Below are positions 1-52,510 of a DNA stretch of 64,000 bases, one piece after another. A program made the position numbers and the translations under genes. This DNA comes from Octopus vulgaris (Eukaryota). The stretch lies in assembly GCA_951406725.2 (NCBI GenBank), contig OX597843.1, positions 11,222,001 to 11,286,000 of the forward strand, written 5' to 3'. The notes under the pieces are model-generated. The model did no database searches. It was not told the DNA's origin and saw only the letters and a list, made by a program, of their open reading frames with translations. Position 1 is the stretch's first letter. Each line of letters begins with the position of its first letter.

Positions 1-1174
1 TAAATTAAAAGTACCTGTTATGTTTTAAAATGAGAAATTTTGTATCAGAAAACCAGAGGCAATCCTAGGTAGGTTGAAACCAAAAGGAACAACCAATAAA
101 CTGGTAATTCAACATTCCGTGTCATTATAAATGAATGGATATAGTTTACATGCCTTCTTTACTATAAACAACACCAATAAGAATGAAGACGACAACAACA
201 ACAAGAATAAACCGGGTGCACATGCACAAAAGATCAACATCTTACCTCCACCCAACGGCAGCATAATGGAACACGAGCCAAATGAAAAGGGTGTGTCTAC
301 ATGCTAGAAACAACAGTTAACTCACGGTAAAGAGAAAAAAAAACACATCGACATTCTCAAACGACGACCACCACCACCGATAGGAGTAACATATGGGAAT
401 TGTATTGTGGTAGACATGCACTGCTTGAGAGAAGGACGGGACAGGGTGAGACAGGGTGACCGCAGATGGGACACCTTTGATCACAGCTCTACTGGATCTG
501 GGACAACCTGCCTGTGGTTAAACTACAACGACAGCAACATGCTAGTGTATACATGCCAGAGACAAACTAGTAGTATTAGTATTATTAGTAGTAGTAGTAG
601 TAGTAGTAGTAGTAAAGTGATCAACGAGCAACAATTGTGAAGGTGAGGCAAGCATGCCGGTCCTTTTTAAATTCTTTCTCCTCTCGCAAGCTTGAGAGTG
701 AAAGAATGATATGAGAGAGAGAGTGAGTGAGAAGGAGAAAGAGAGAGAGAGAGAGAGGGGGTGTTAGGAGAAGGAAAGAGAGAGAGAGAGAAGGAGATGC
801 ATAGCAAGAAGAAAACCAATGCTTGTTGGGGTCACATACCTAGGAGACTGGTCAGTTGGTCTGTCCGTCTGTCAGTCAGTCCGTTGGTTGGTCTGTGGGT
901 TGGTTGGTCCGTCTGTCCGTCCGGTTGGCCGGTTGGTTGGTTGGTTGGTTGTTTTTTTTTTTTTTTTTTTTTTTATGGTCCTTTCCTTTGTTGTTGTTTT
1001 GTTTTGATTTTGGTCTCTATTGTTTGTTGTTGTTGTTGTTGTTGACATTCTTTTTTCTTTTTTCAGTTTTGTTTTATGTTGTTTGAAATTTCTTCTCAGT
1101 TTCTAGTGGCGTGGTGAGGCGAGGCGGGGGGTGGAGGGAAGTGATGGGGGTGGCGAGAGGTGAAAGAAGGATGG

Positions 1175-1177
1175 TAG

Positions 1178-1212
<35 letters not shown>

Positions 1213-1720
1213 TGAAAACAAGGAAGAAAGAAAGAAAAGAAAGAAAGGAAGGAAGAAAAAGAGAGAAGGAAAAAAGAAAAGAAAGAAAGGGGTGAAAACA
1301 AGGAAGAAAAAGAGAGAAAGAAAAAGAAAAGAAAGAAAGAAAGGGGAGAAAACAAGGAAGAAAAAGAGAGAAAGAAAAAGAAAAGAAAGAAAGAAAGGGG
1401 AGAAAACAAGGAAGAAAAAGAGAGAAAGAAAAAGAAAAGAAAGAAAGAAAGGGGAGAAAACAAGGAAGAAAAAGAGAGAAAGAAAAAGAAAAGAAAGAAA
1501 GAAAGGGGAGAAAACAAGGAAGAAAAAGAGAAAAAGAAAAGAAAGAAAGAAAGAAAGGAGAGAAAACAAGGAAGAAAAAGAGAGAAAGAAAAGAAAGACA
1601 GAAAGAAAGGGGAGAAAACAGGGAAGAAAAAGAGAGAAAGAAGAAAGAAAGGGGAGAAAACAGGGAAGAAAAAGAGAGAAAGAAGTAAAAGAGAGAAGAA
1701 AGAACAAGAAGGAAAGGACA
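1175..1720. repeat. Polypurine tract with ~54-bp units, in the putative 3' UTR
   Basis: ggggagaaaacaaggaagaaaaagagagaaag... repeated. Confidence 0.9.
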
Positions 1721-2000
1721 AAAAAAAAAAAATCGGAGTGAAGTTTAATAAATATCAAAAAACAAAAGTTAAATGTTTGTGTTTTGGAAGAGGGGAGAAA
1801 AAAAAAAGGGGGTTTTCCGGAATGATTTAAAGAATGATACAATATACAAATAAAAAAAAAAATTATTTGAAAAAAAAAAAGATAAATATATGAAAATAAA
1901 TAAATAAAAAAACTGTAGAATTTCGACCAGACAGAACTGGTCGTGACTGGACATGACTGGAATAGCCAGCTAAGTGGCAGGAGTTCGTTAATTTGGCTAA

Positions 2001-40459
<38,459 letters not shown>

Positions 40460-40651
40460 CTGAGGAAGAAGAAAAAAAGAATAGGAAACAATCATGAGAC
40501 ATGCCACCGTGGGGGATTCATTGCAATGACATTATACACGAGGGAGGTGCTGAAAAGTTCCTGGTTTTGGGTATAAGAAAATACAGGAGGATCATTTCAG
40601 TTGTGATTTTATTCAATATAATCCCTTAAAGCCAGGAACTTTTGCTCATGA

Positions 40652-41178
40652 CGTGATCAGAGACAGGACCCGGCAAAGCCTGTAATGACATGCATAAGAT
40701 CTGGTCATCAAATCTAAGTAGAGACTTCAAACTCGAAATATTCAAAGCCACAGTCGAACCAATTCTACTATATGGCTCAGAAAGCTGGACGTTATCAAAG
40801 AAGCTTGAGAGGCAGTTGGATGGAGCCTACACTCGCCTCCTTATGAGAGCTCAAAATCTCTTGTGGAGGTGCCATCCAACCAAAATGCAAATATATGGGA
40901 AACTACCACCTGTGTCGTCTCTTGTGAAAGGTAGGAGAGTCCAGTTTGCTGGACATTGTTGTAGAGCTGAAAAAGAAGTAATTTCTGCTCTTCTCCTCTG
41001 GAAGCCATCTACTCGCAATACCAGAGGGCGCACACTCTCCTACCCTGATGTAATCTCCAGGGATACAGGCTTCCAGCAACAGGACCTCCGTAATGCCATG
41101 ATGGACCGTGAAGTCTGGCGTAGCATGGTAAATTCCATTGTCTCGACCATGGTCAAACAATGATGATGATGATGATGA
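40652..41178 (+). mobile_element. 5'-truncated RTE-clade LINE with (TGA)n tail and 11-bp target-site duplication
   Basis: ORF IFKATVEPILLYGSESWTL...RRVQFAGHC...MDREVWR (RTE C-terminus); TSD tttgctcatga at 40641-40651 and 41179-41189. Confidence 0.9.
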
Positions 41179-41903
41179 TTTGCTCATGAAATTAATGTGC
41201 AAGTGGCTGAGCAACGACGACAGTAACTACATACTTTCGTTGTAATAATAGAATAAGCAGAAGTGCTTCAAGAGGAAACAGCTGGAATTTACCCTACCTA
41301 TATATTATATATAGAGAGGGGGGGGTAGAAAGAGAGAGAGGGGGGAGACGGAGGAAGAAGAAGGAAAAGAAGAAGGAAAAGAAGAAGAAGGAAAAGAAGA
41401 AGGAGGAAAAGGAAAAGAAGAAGGAAAGAAAAGGAAAAGAAGAAAGAAAAGGAAAAGAAGGAAAAGAAGAAGAAGGAGAAGGAAAAGAAGAAGGAGAAGA
41501 AGAAGGAAAAGAAGAAGGAGAAGAAGAAGGAAAGGGAGGAGGAGAAGAAGAAAAAGGAAAAGAAGGAGGAAGAAGGAGAAGAAGGAAAGGGAGGAGAAGA
41601 AGAAAAAGGAAAAGGGGGAAGAAGAAGGAAAAGAAGAAGGAAAAGAAGAAGAGGGAAAAGAGAAAGAAGAAAGGAAGAAGATGATGATGTTGATGATGAT
41701 GTAGATTGGGAAGTTACTAATTGCTTATTATTAACAGCAGCTTAATCCTCAGTCCTTACAGCTGTTTCAATTAATACTTAGTATACATCAAATTTATATG
41801 GCCTGAGCGTAATATCTTCGGAGGGGAAAAATATATCCTTGGAGGTTTTATATGTGTTTATGGAAACACATAAAACATCCAAGGGTGTACTTAACTGGTA
41901 CTT

Positions 41904-43630
41904 GATTACATGAACCCCAGTATTCAACTGGTACTTATTTTATCGACCCTGAAAGGAAGACAGGTAAAGTCGACCTTGAGAGAATTTGAACTCAGAACAT
42001 AAAGCTGGAAAGCCTGAAATTTTGTGAGAAGGGGCTAATTGATTACATGAACCCCAGTATTCAACTGGTACTTATTTTATCGACCCTGAAAGGAAGAAAG
42101 GTAAAGTCGACCTTGAGAGAATTTGAACTCAGAACATAAAGCTGGAAAGCCTGAAATTTTGTGAGAAGGGGCTAATTGATTACATGAACCCCAGTATTCA
42201 ACTGGTACTTATTTTATCGACCCTGAAAGGAAGAAAGGTAAAGTCGACCTTGAGAGAATTTGAACTCAGAACATAAAGCTGGAAAGCCTGAAATTTTGTG
42301 AGAAGGGGCTAACTGATTACATGAACCCTAGTATTCAACTGGTACTTATTTTATTGACCCCGATGGGAAGAAAGGTGAAGTTGACCTTGAGAGAATTTGA
42401 ACTCAGAACATAAAGCAGGAAAGCTTGAAATTTTGTGAGAAGAGGCTAATTGATTACATGAACCCCAGTATTCAACTGGTACTTATTTTATTGACCCCGA
42501 TGGGAAGAAAGGTAAAGTCGACCTTGAGAGAATTTGAACTCAGAACATAAAGCTGGAAAGCCTGAAATTTTGTGAGAAGGGGCTAACTGATTACATGAAC
42601 CCTAGTATTCAACTGGTACTTATTTTATTGACCCCGATGGGAAGAAAGGTAAAGTCGACCTTGAGAGAATTTGAACTCAGAACATAAAGCTGGAAAGCCT
42701 GAAATTTTGTGAGAAGAGGCTAATTGATTACATGAACCCTAGTATTCAACTGGTACTTATTTTATCGACCCTGAAAGGAAGAAAGGTAAAGTTGACCTTG
42801 AGAGAATTTGAACTCAGAACATAAAGCTGGAAAGCCTGAAATTTTGTGAGAAGGGGCTAATTGATTACATGAACCCCAGTATTCAACTGGTACTTATTTT
42901 ATCGACCCTGAAAGGAAGAAAGGTAAAGTCGACCTTGAGAGAATTTGAACTCAGAACATAAAGCTGGAAAGCCTGAAATTTTGTGAGAAGGGGCTAACTG
43001 ATTACATGAACCCTAGTATTCAACTGGTACTTATTTTATTGACCCCGATGGGAAGAAGGTAAAGTCGACCTTGAGAGAATTTGAACTCAGAACATAAAGC
43101 AGGAAAGCTTGAAATTTTGTGAGAAGAGGCTAATTGATTACATGAACCCCAGTATTCAACTGGTACTTATTTTATTGACCCTGAAAGGAAGAAAGATAAA
43201 GTCGACCGTGAGAGAATTTGAACTCAGAACATAAAGCTGGAAAGCCTGAAATTTTGTGAGAAGGGGCTAACTGATTACATGAACCCCAGCATTCAACTGG
43301 TACTTATTTTATTGACCCCGATGGGAAGAAAGGTAAAGTCGACCTTGAGAGAATTTGAACTCAGAACATAAAGCAGGAAAGCTTGAAATTTTGTGAGAAG
43401 GGGCTAATTGATTACATGAACCCCAGTATTCAACTGGTACTTATTTTATTGACCCTGAAAGGAAGAAAGGTAAAGTAGACCTTGAGAGAATTTGAACTCA
43501 GAACATAAAGCTGGAAAGCCTGAAATTTTGTGAGAAGGGGCTGATTACATGAACCCCAGTATTCAACTGGTACTTATTTTATTGACCCTGAGAGAAAGAA
43601 AGGCAAAGTTGACCTTGGAGGAATTTCAAC
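41904..43630. repeat. Tandem array, ~12.5 x 137 bp, derived from a diverged SINE family 2 body
   Basis: gattacatgaacc at 41904, 42041, 42178, 42315, 42452, 42589, 42726, 42863, 43000, 43136, 43273, 43410 and 43543. Confidence 0.97.
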
Positions 43631-44371
43631 CTAGAATGTAAGACCCGGAAGAAAATGGCGAAGTTATAACAAAAGTATACACTTCTTGAAAGTGGTGTCG
43701 TAGAGTGGCATGGTACCCAAAGACGTATGTTAAAGTTACATGTTAGGGAACTTCGTAGCCACATGGCAATCAATGTAATTGCCTTCCACCATGTTGAATG
43801 GTGCCCCAACATGGTTGCAGTCAAATAAATAACAAAAAAAAAACGACCCACCATCACAACAACAACAGCAACAATGCATAAATGTAATACACAGAAGGGA
43901 AAAAAAAACACAAAAAAAAACAAAGTACTAACAGCCGAGTAGAGAATAGAGATGGTGGTTCTGTTGGTGGTGGTGGTGGCGGGGAGAGGTAGATGTTGTG
44001 TACCGGAGAATGGAAGGGGTTGCAGTGGCGCAGGTGGGGAAGCTGAAGATATCCTGTTGTAGATTGGGGGGGGGGCGAGTGGAGGGCAGTGGTAGTGGTG
44101 GTGTTGGCATGGGGCTGGAGGAAGACATGTAAAAGACAAATGAAACAGCTTAAAGAAGTACATAGCTGACATTCCAGTGTGTTTAATTACAAGAGGAGCT
44201 ACTGTAACCTAAACTGCCGACAATGACAGACATGGCCAACGCCACCACCACCACCACAACACTCTCTTTATGAATACATACATATATAAATATATAATAT
44301 ACACACATACACACACAACATCCGTTTCACTTCTCTTTCTCTCTCTACGTACATATATATATATATATATA

Positions 44372-45476
44372 TACTCTTTTACTTGTTTCAGTCATTTGAC
44401 TGCGGCCATGCTGGAGCACCGCCTTTAATCGAGCAACTCGACCCCGGGACTTATTCTTTTTTAAGCCCAGTACTTATTCTATCAGTCTCTTTTGCCAAAC
44501 CGCTAAGTGACGGGGACACACCAGCATCGGTTGTCAAGCAATGCTAGGGGAACAAACACAGACACACAAACAAACACACATATATATATACATATATACG
44601 ACAGGCTTCTTTCAGTTTCCGTCTACCAAATCCACTCACAAGGCATTGGTCGGCCCGGGGCTATAGCAGAAGACACTTGCCCAAGGTGCCACGCAGTGGG
44701 ACTGAACCCGGAACCATGTGGTTGGTTAGCAAGCTACTTACCACACAGCCACTCCTGCGCCTCTCTATGTACATATATATATATACTCTTTTACTTGTTT
44801 CAGTCATTTGACTGCGGCCATGCTGGAGCACCGCCTTTAATCGAGCAACTCGACCCCGGGGCTTATTCTTTTTTAAGCCCAGGACTTATTTTATCGGTCT
44901 CTTTTGCCGAACTGCTAAGTGACGGGGACACACCAACATCGGTTGTCAAGCAATGGTAGGGGAAGAAACACAGACACACAAACATATATATATACATATA
45001 TACGACAGGCTTCTTCCAGTTTCCGTCTACCAAATCCACTCACAAGGCTTTGGTCGGCCCGATATATATATACTCTTTTACTTGTTTCAGTCATTTGACT
45101 GTGGCCATGCTGAAACACCGCATTTAGTCAAGCAAATCGACCCCAGGACTTATTCTTTGTAAGCCTAATACTTATTCTATCGGTTTCTTTTGCCGAACTG
45201 CTAAGTTATGGAAACGTAAACACACCACCATTGGTTGTCAAGCGACGTTGGGGGGACAAACACAGACACACAAACATATACACACACATACATATATGCA
45301 TATATATATATATATACATATATATATACAACGGGCTTCTTTCAGTTTCCATGTACCAAATCCTTGGTTGGTCCAAGGCTATAGTAGAAGACACTTGCCC
45401 AAGGTGCCACGCATGGGACTGAACCCGGAACCATGTGGTTGGTAAGCAAGCTACTTAACAGCCACTCCTACGCCTA
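44372..45476 (-). mobile_element. Three consecutive SINE family 1 copies
   Basis: Copies at ~44372-44762, 44783-45060 (head truncated) and 45071-45476. Confidence 0.9.
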
Positions 45477-45477
45477 T

Positions 45478-45508
<31 letters not shown>

Positions 45509-45556
45509 CATACATACAAAAACTTACATTTTACTACCGTCTGTCTATCTTCTTCA

Positions 45557-45605
<49 letters not shown>

Positions 45606-45606
<1 letters not shown>

Positions 45607-46050
45607 TAGCTGACGTACCCAGTACTTCCCGGGAAAGCTTATCCCTTGTTCCATTCTCATAACTGTTTTGCTAATCCATAATACAAAGTATGTAGCCCTT
45701 AAAACAATTTTTGTGTATCTATTGAGAATACTGAACTGTCTCACACAGGATAATGTTTTTAGGAATTCCCTAAATTATGAATACCCAAATTATGAAATCG
45801 GTTATGTTATAACATGAAATTAATTACCCGATAGTAAGAATTCAAATAAAGTAGCCCCGAAAAGGGCTTTAATATGTTCCCAAAGTATACAGAACTTAGG
45901 AGGAAATACTAATAAGGTGTGTATACTAAAATCGTGAAGCATGTTACGTAATAACAGGCTAATCAGATATGAAATGATAACAATTCTAAAGTAAATAACT
46001 CTGTACAGGGCTTTTGTGCGTTCCCAGAGAATATTACCATCAGTGACGCT
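45606..46050 (-). mobile_element. Probable Helitron remnant (3' end clear, 5' boundary uncertain)
   Basis: Minus strand ends cccgggaagtactgggtacgtcagCTAG|t. Confidence 0.45.
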
Positions 46051-46559
46051 TATGTTGGTATCATCATCATCATTGTTTAACGTCCGCTTTCCATGCTAGC
46101 ATGGGTTGGACGGTTCAACTGGGGTCTGGGGAGCCAGAAGCTTGCACCAGGCCCAGTCTGATCTGGCAATGTTTCTACAGCTGGATGCCCTTCCTAACGC
46201 CAACCACTCCGAGAGTGTAGTGGGTGATTTTATGTGCCACCGACACAGGTGCCAGACGAGGCTGGCGAACGGCCACGCTCGGACGGTGTTTTTTATGTGC
46301 CACCGACACAGGTGACAGACGAGGCTGGCAGACGGCCACGCTCGGATGGTGTTTGTTACATGCCCACAGTCGATGCGGTACTGGCTACGGCCACGTTCGG
46401 AGGGTTTTCTTATGTGCCACTGGCACTGGTACCACAAAGATACAAATTCCATTGATGTTCATCTATTTTGATTTGGTTTGATTTTGATTTTGATTTTCAC
46501 TTACCTCAACAAGTTACTAACTGAAATAAATGGATCTATAGTTTAGGAAAATACTATTT

Positions 46560-47006
46560 ACATGCTCTGGGTTTCTTTTAATTAATTTTAAATAAAACAA
46601 AGAATTTAGTAAAATAACTTAGTTATCATTCAGCTAGTGTTAGGAACATAAATTGTGACTAAGGTTTGGTGGAAGATTTTAATTCAAAACTTATGAAAAC
46701 AAGACATTTGTACTACAGAACCAGAAGTGGTTTCAGCTGGGTTGGTATCAAAAGGGTTAAAAATATCATGGTGACTTGAACCCTTTTGTTACCATATTTC
46801 TGTTGAGATGCTCTGTGTTTCTTTCAATTAATTTTAAATATAACAAAGAATTTAGTAAAATAACTTAGTTATCATTAAGCTAGTGTTAGGAACATAAATT
46901 GTGACTAAGGTTTGGTGGAAGATTTTAATTCAAAACTTATGAAAACAAGACATTTGTACTACAGAACCAGAGGCGGTTTCAGCCGGGTTGGTAACGAAAG
47001 GGTTAA
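46560..47006 (-). mobile_element. Tandem dimer of the second TTAA MITE family
   Basis: Two copies separated by aaatatcatggtgact. Confidence 0.8.
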
Positions 47007-47317
47007 GGGTTGTACTGGATAAATTGTGAATATAACTAACAGCTCAAATACTAAGAAGTAAGTATATTCGATTTATACGAAACGATTTACAAACATGAAT
47101 GTGTTATTTCCCTTAGCTATATATAATGATCCCTTTCAGGAGCAAATGGGTTATTTCCCTTGGATGTCTAAAACTAATACATTAGTTGTATGTAGTAGAT
47201 ATAAGAATCCCTTCCATTCTATGTAAGTGAAAATCCCAGCACTTCATGGGTTAACATAGTTCTCAGGGAGATTCAGCATAACACAGAGTGTGACAAGGCT
47301 GGCCCTTTGGAGAACAG

Positions 47318-47350
<33 letters not shown>

Positions 47351-47735
47351 ATAACAAAGGGTAAAATTAATTAATTAAGAAGTAATCAATAATTTCCCCA
47401 AGTAGAATTCGGCATGAAAAAAGGATGATTTCATGGTAAACTTAAGTAATACTTAATAATTAGGGTTCAGCAAAGATTTGCCTTACCACATACCGAAGTT
47501 TAGAAATAGCAACCAAAAAACGTTAGCTATTTCTTCTACTTTAAAAAGGGACTCCCAGAAAAACCAAAATACTTGAAAACAATCCACACAGGCAGAGAGG
47601 AAGAAGTAAGGAAAATCAATCAATATCTGGGAGTCCCTTTTTAAAGTAGAAGAAATAGCTAACGTTTTTTGGCTGCTATTTCTAAACTTCGGTATGTGGT
47701 AAAGCAAATCTTTGCTGAACCCTAATTATTAAGTA
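47351..47735. mobile_element. Second, rearranged copy of the same element family with a 110-bp fold-back
   Basis: Arms 47450-47559 and 47626-47735 are reverse complements with 2 mismatches; flanked by (TA)n on both sides. Confidence 0.7.
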
Positions 47736-47755
47736 TATATATATATATATATATA

Positions 47756-47985
47756 GGTGGTGAGCTGGCAGAATCGTTAGCATGCCGGGTGAAATGCTTA
47801 GCGGTATTTTGTCTGCCGTTTCGTTCTGAGTTCAAATTCCGCCAAGGTCGACTTTGCTTTTCATCCTTTTGGGGGTCGATAAATTGAGTACCAGTTACGC
47901 ACTGAGGTCGATGTAATCGACTTAATCCCTTTGTCTGTCCTTGTTTGTCCACTCTATGTTTAGCCCCTTGTGGGTAGTAAAGAAA
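47756..47985 (+). mobile_element. SINE family 2, single unit
   Basis: Match to other copies. Confidence 0.85.
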
Positions 47986-48099
47986 TATATATATATATAC
48001 AAGCAATAAGAGAGGGACCACATGTGGTCACTCTAACGCTAGAAATAGATCCGCAAATGTTAATTAATATTCAATTTTCTCACCCTTATTGTGATTTTA

Positions 48100-48170
<71 letters not shown>

Positions 48171-48173
48171 ATG

Positions 48174-48210
<37 letters not shown>

Positions 48211-48589
48211 TATGTATATAGTTTGTGTGTATGTATATAGATAGATGGACAGACAGACAAATGGATGGACAGATAAATAGATAGACAGATAAACAGACAG
48301 ACAGAATAATAGATAGACAAACAGACAGACACGCTATAAACCCTATATATTAAATATAGTTTGCCTCTGATTTATGAAGTCAAATGTGTGTGTGTATACA
48401 TATGTTTGTATACACACATTCGCATATGTTTCTTATCTATCCGTCTAACACCCCCCCCCCCCGCACACAAGTATTTTTATGTGGGCGTTATATGCATACC
48501 TCTCTCTCTCTCTCTCTCTACATACATACATATATGCATACAACTGCATATAAAAGGGGATACATATAATGTTAACTATACAACACACA

Positions 48590-49480
48590 TGCCATATACA
48601 TATATATATATACACACATATATATACACATACGTATATACACACAGATATATAAATATATACATATATATACACACACATATATATACACATACGTATA
48701 TACACACATATATATATATACATATATATACACACACATATATATATATACACATACATATATACACACATATATATATACACATACATATATACACACA
48801 TATATATATACACATACATATATACACACAAATATATATATATACACACATACACAATATATATATACACACACACATACACATATATATACCCACATAT
48901 ACATATATATACACACACACACATATATGCATATATACATACATATATACACACACACACACACACATACACATACATATTTATATATATATATACACAC
49001 ATACATACATATTTTTATATATATATACACACACATACACATATACATAAATATCCACACATATATATATACACACACACACACATATATATGCATATAT
49101 ACACATATACATGTAAATATACAAGTGTATATATATATATATACACACACACACATATGCATATACACACATATACATACAAATATATATATATATATAT
49201 ACACACACACATATACACACATATACATATATATACCCACATATGCATATATACACACACATACATATACATTTATATATATATATATACACACACATAA
49301 ACATATACATACATATTTTTATATATATATATATACACACACATACACATATACATAAATATCCACACATATATATACATACACACACACATATATGCAT
49401 ATATACACATATACATGTAAATATACAAGTGTATATATATATATACACACACATATGCATATACAGACATATACATACAA

Positions 49481-49515
<35 letters not shown>

Positions 49516-49579
49516 TATATACACACATATACATATATATACCCACATATGCATATATACACACACATACATATACATT

Positions 49580-49611
<32 letters not shown>

Positions 49612-49796
49612 TAAACATATACATACATATTTATATATATATATATATACACACACGTACACATATACATAAATATCCACACATATATATACATACACAC
49701 ACACATATATGCATATATACACATATACATGTAAATATACAAGTGTATATATATATATATACACACACATATGCATATACAGACATATACATACAA

Positions 49797-49831
<35 letters not shown>

Positions 49832-50116
49832 TATATACACACATATACATATATATACCCACATATGCATATATACACACACATACATATACATTTATAT
49901 ATATATATATATATACACACACACATAAACATATACATACATATTTATATATATATATATATACACACACGTACACATATACATAAATATCCACACATAT
50001 ATATACATACACACACACACACACACATATGCATATATACACATATACATGTAAATATACAAGTATATATATATATATATACACACACACATATACATAC
50101 AAATAAATATACACAA

Positions 50117-50169
<53 letters not shown>

Positions 50170-50190
50170 CACACACATATATACATAAAT
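48590..50190. repeat. (TA/CA)n complex microsatellite with a ~310-bp higher-order unit
   Basis: aaatatccacac at ~49049, 49357, 49670 and 49985. Confidence 0.92.
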
Positions 50191-50857
50191 ATGTACATCT
50201 CATGTATCTCCTTGAATATTATCAGATTGACTAAAATCTCTTCAATCCAACCTACTCAGACATTTTGGCAACCTAATCTAACAAACCAACGCCTCCACTC
50301 ACTTCCTTCAAAGCATTCTGCAAGCAAGCTACCAACCTTGGCAGTGGTTGTGTTTTAGCCCCAGGTCGGCCCTATGGGAGCTGGCAACCTATGATCATTT
50401 TCATAGAGGTGCAGGGGTAGGCATGGCCAGGTGACTAGGTAGCCTGCTTTGAAATCAAATGGGTTTGTGCTGAGTCGCACCGTGCCGCATGTTGAAGATA
50501 TGTGTGGTTTACGGCAGCGCTAGGCCAATGAATTCTTTGTCGATAATATTTAGCAGATGGAAATTGTGAGGAAGCCTACTGTTTGTATGATTGCATGAAC
50601 ACGTGTGTTTGTGTGTGTGTGCGTTACACGTGTGCTGTTTGTGATTTCTTTTCTACCTTTGGACCATTCCCTTTCTCTTTTCCGATGAAGAACTATTTTC
50701 TAAATTCAATTATTTAATTGTTACAGTTGAAAAAGTCTCAATGACTGAAACTGGTACTGAAATGTTTTTTATAAAATTATTTTAGCATTTTCTATCTTGA
50801 CTTTTTTTTTCCCATATATATCAACTCGTGTGATCCTTTTCATCCTTATACATACAT

Positions 50858-50892
<35 letters not shown>

Positions 50893-51119
50893 ATAGTTAT
50901 TGCCATACTAATATGGCATTCTTATAAAAATAAGAATAAAGCTGTCCATATTAGTATGGCGATAACTATTATTTTCCAGGAACGCTACCGTGATCTCTTT
51001 TAGAGAGACTTAGTAATTTTAATATTTCTATTATATATATATATATAACCTAGATAACTTAGATTGGCCACTATCGGCCCAGGCCATGACTAAATAGCAC
51101 CACCTGGAAAAGTCTTTTA

Positions 51120-51375
51120 GTTAATTATTTCGGGACACCATGGACCACTCAAGCAGAGAGTTGTTGTTGGTTGAGACATATCCAGGTGTAGGTGGTTTAT
51201 CTGGTATTTCCTGGAGGAATTTGTCCAGGTACCTTTTGAAAGTTGTGGTGTCTTTTCTACTTTAATTTCTTTTGGGACAACATTGAAAAGAGCAGGACCA
51301 TTAGCAGTGAAGAAATTGTGCCGCAGTGTTCTTGTGTGATGTGATCTCGACCTTTGTAGGGGAGCTGTTATACAC
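51120..51375 (-). mobile_element. CR1/L2-like LINE 3' fragment
   Basis: NFFTANGPALFNVVPKEIK, then shifted frame FKRYLDKFLQEIPDKP. Confidence 0.7.
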
Positions 51376-51753
51376 ACACACATGCTTGAAACATCAAACT
51401 CTCTCCTTTCACCAATCAAGTCAATACATTCCTTGTGCGTGTCCTCACATTCGCCTTTTTAGTAGTTAATTTGAATCATTTGTGTATTTGAATTGGCTAT
51501 ATCTATATAGCGACCTGTATAAATGATTTGTTTATAGTGACCAAATCTATTTGGCATACGCTATTAGCTCATTCTCTCCATCAAATCAACATTTTTTTCT
51601 GAACAGGTACATGGTATAGCATGCATCAGGTGTCAAAGTGATTGCAAAAGCAACATGAGATGAAGTGTTTTGCTCAAGAACAATGCACCACCCAGTCTAG
51701 GAATTGAAACTCATGATTGTGAGTGCTACACCCTAACCACTAGGCCATGTGTC

Positions 51754-51798
<45 letters not shown>

Positions 51799-51810
51799 AT
51801 TATATACAGG

Positions 51811-51974
51811 TAGGTGCAGGAGTGGCTGTGTGGTAAGTAGCTTGCTAACCAACCACATGGTTCCGGGTTCAGTCCCACTGCGTGGCATCTTGGGCAAGTG
51901 TCTTCTGCTATAGCCCCGGGCTGACCAATGCCTTGTGAGTGGATTTGGTAGACGGAAACTGAAAGAAGCCTGTC

Positions 51975-52026
<52 letters not shown>

Positions 52027-52256
52027 GTTTGTGTGTCTGTATGTGTTTGTGTGTCTGTGTTTGTCTCCCTAGCATTGCTTGACAACCGATGCTGGTGTGT
52101 TTACGTCCCCGTCACTTAGCAAAAGAGACCGATAGAATAAGTACTGGGCTTACAAAGAATAAGTCCCGGGGTTGATTTGCTCGACTAAAGGCGGTGCTCC
52201 AGCATGGCCGTAGTCAAATGACTGAAACAAGTAAAAGAGTAAAAGAGAGTAAAGAG
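51811..52256 (+). mobile_element. SINE family 1
   Basis: Full-length match, plus orientation. Confidence 0.9.
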
Positions 52257-52302
52257 TATATATATATGGTGGTGTAGGTGGTGTGGAGACCTTTGCTATC
52301 AT

Positions 52303-52480
52303 TGTGTATAACAGCTCCCCTAAAAAGGTCGAGATCACATCACACAAGAACACTGCGGCAGAATTACTTCACTGCAAATGGTCCCGCTCTTTTCAATGTT
52401 CTCCCAAAAGAAATTAAAGTAGAAAAGACCCCACAACTTTCAAAAGGTACCTGGACAAATTCCTCCAGGAAATACCAGAT
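52303..52480 (+). mobile_element. CR1/L2-like LINE fragment, inverted copy of 51200-51375
   Basis: NYFTANGPALFNVLPKEIK; high similarity to the reverse complement of the upstream fragment. Confidence 0.7.
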
Positions 52481-52510
52481 ATATATACATATATATATAT
52501 ATAATATATA

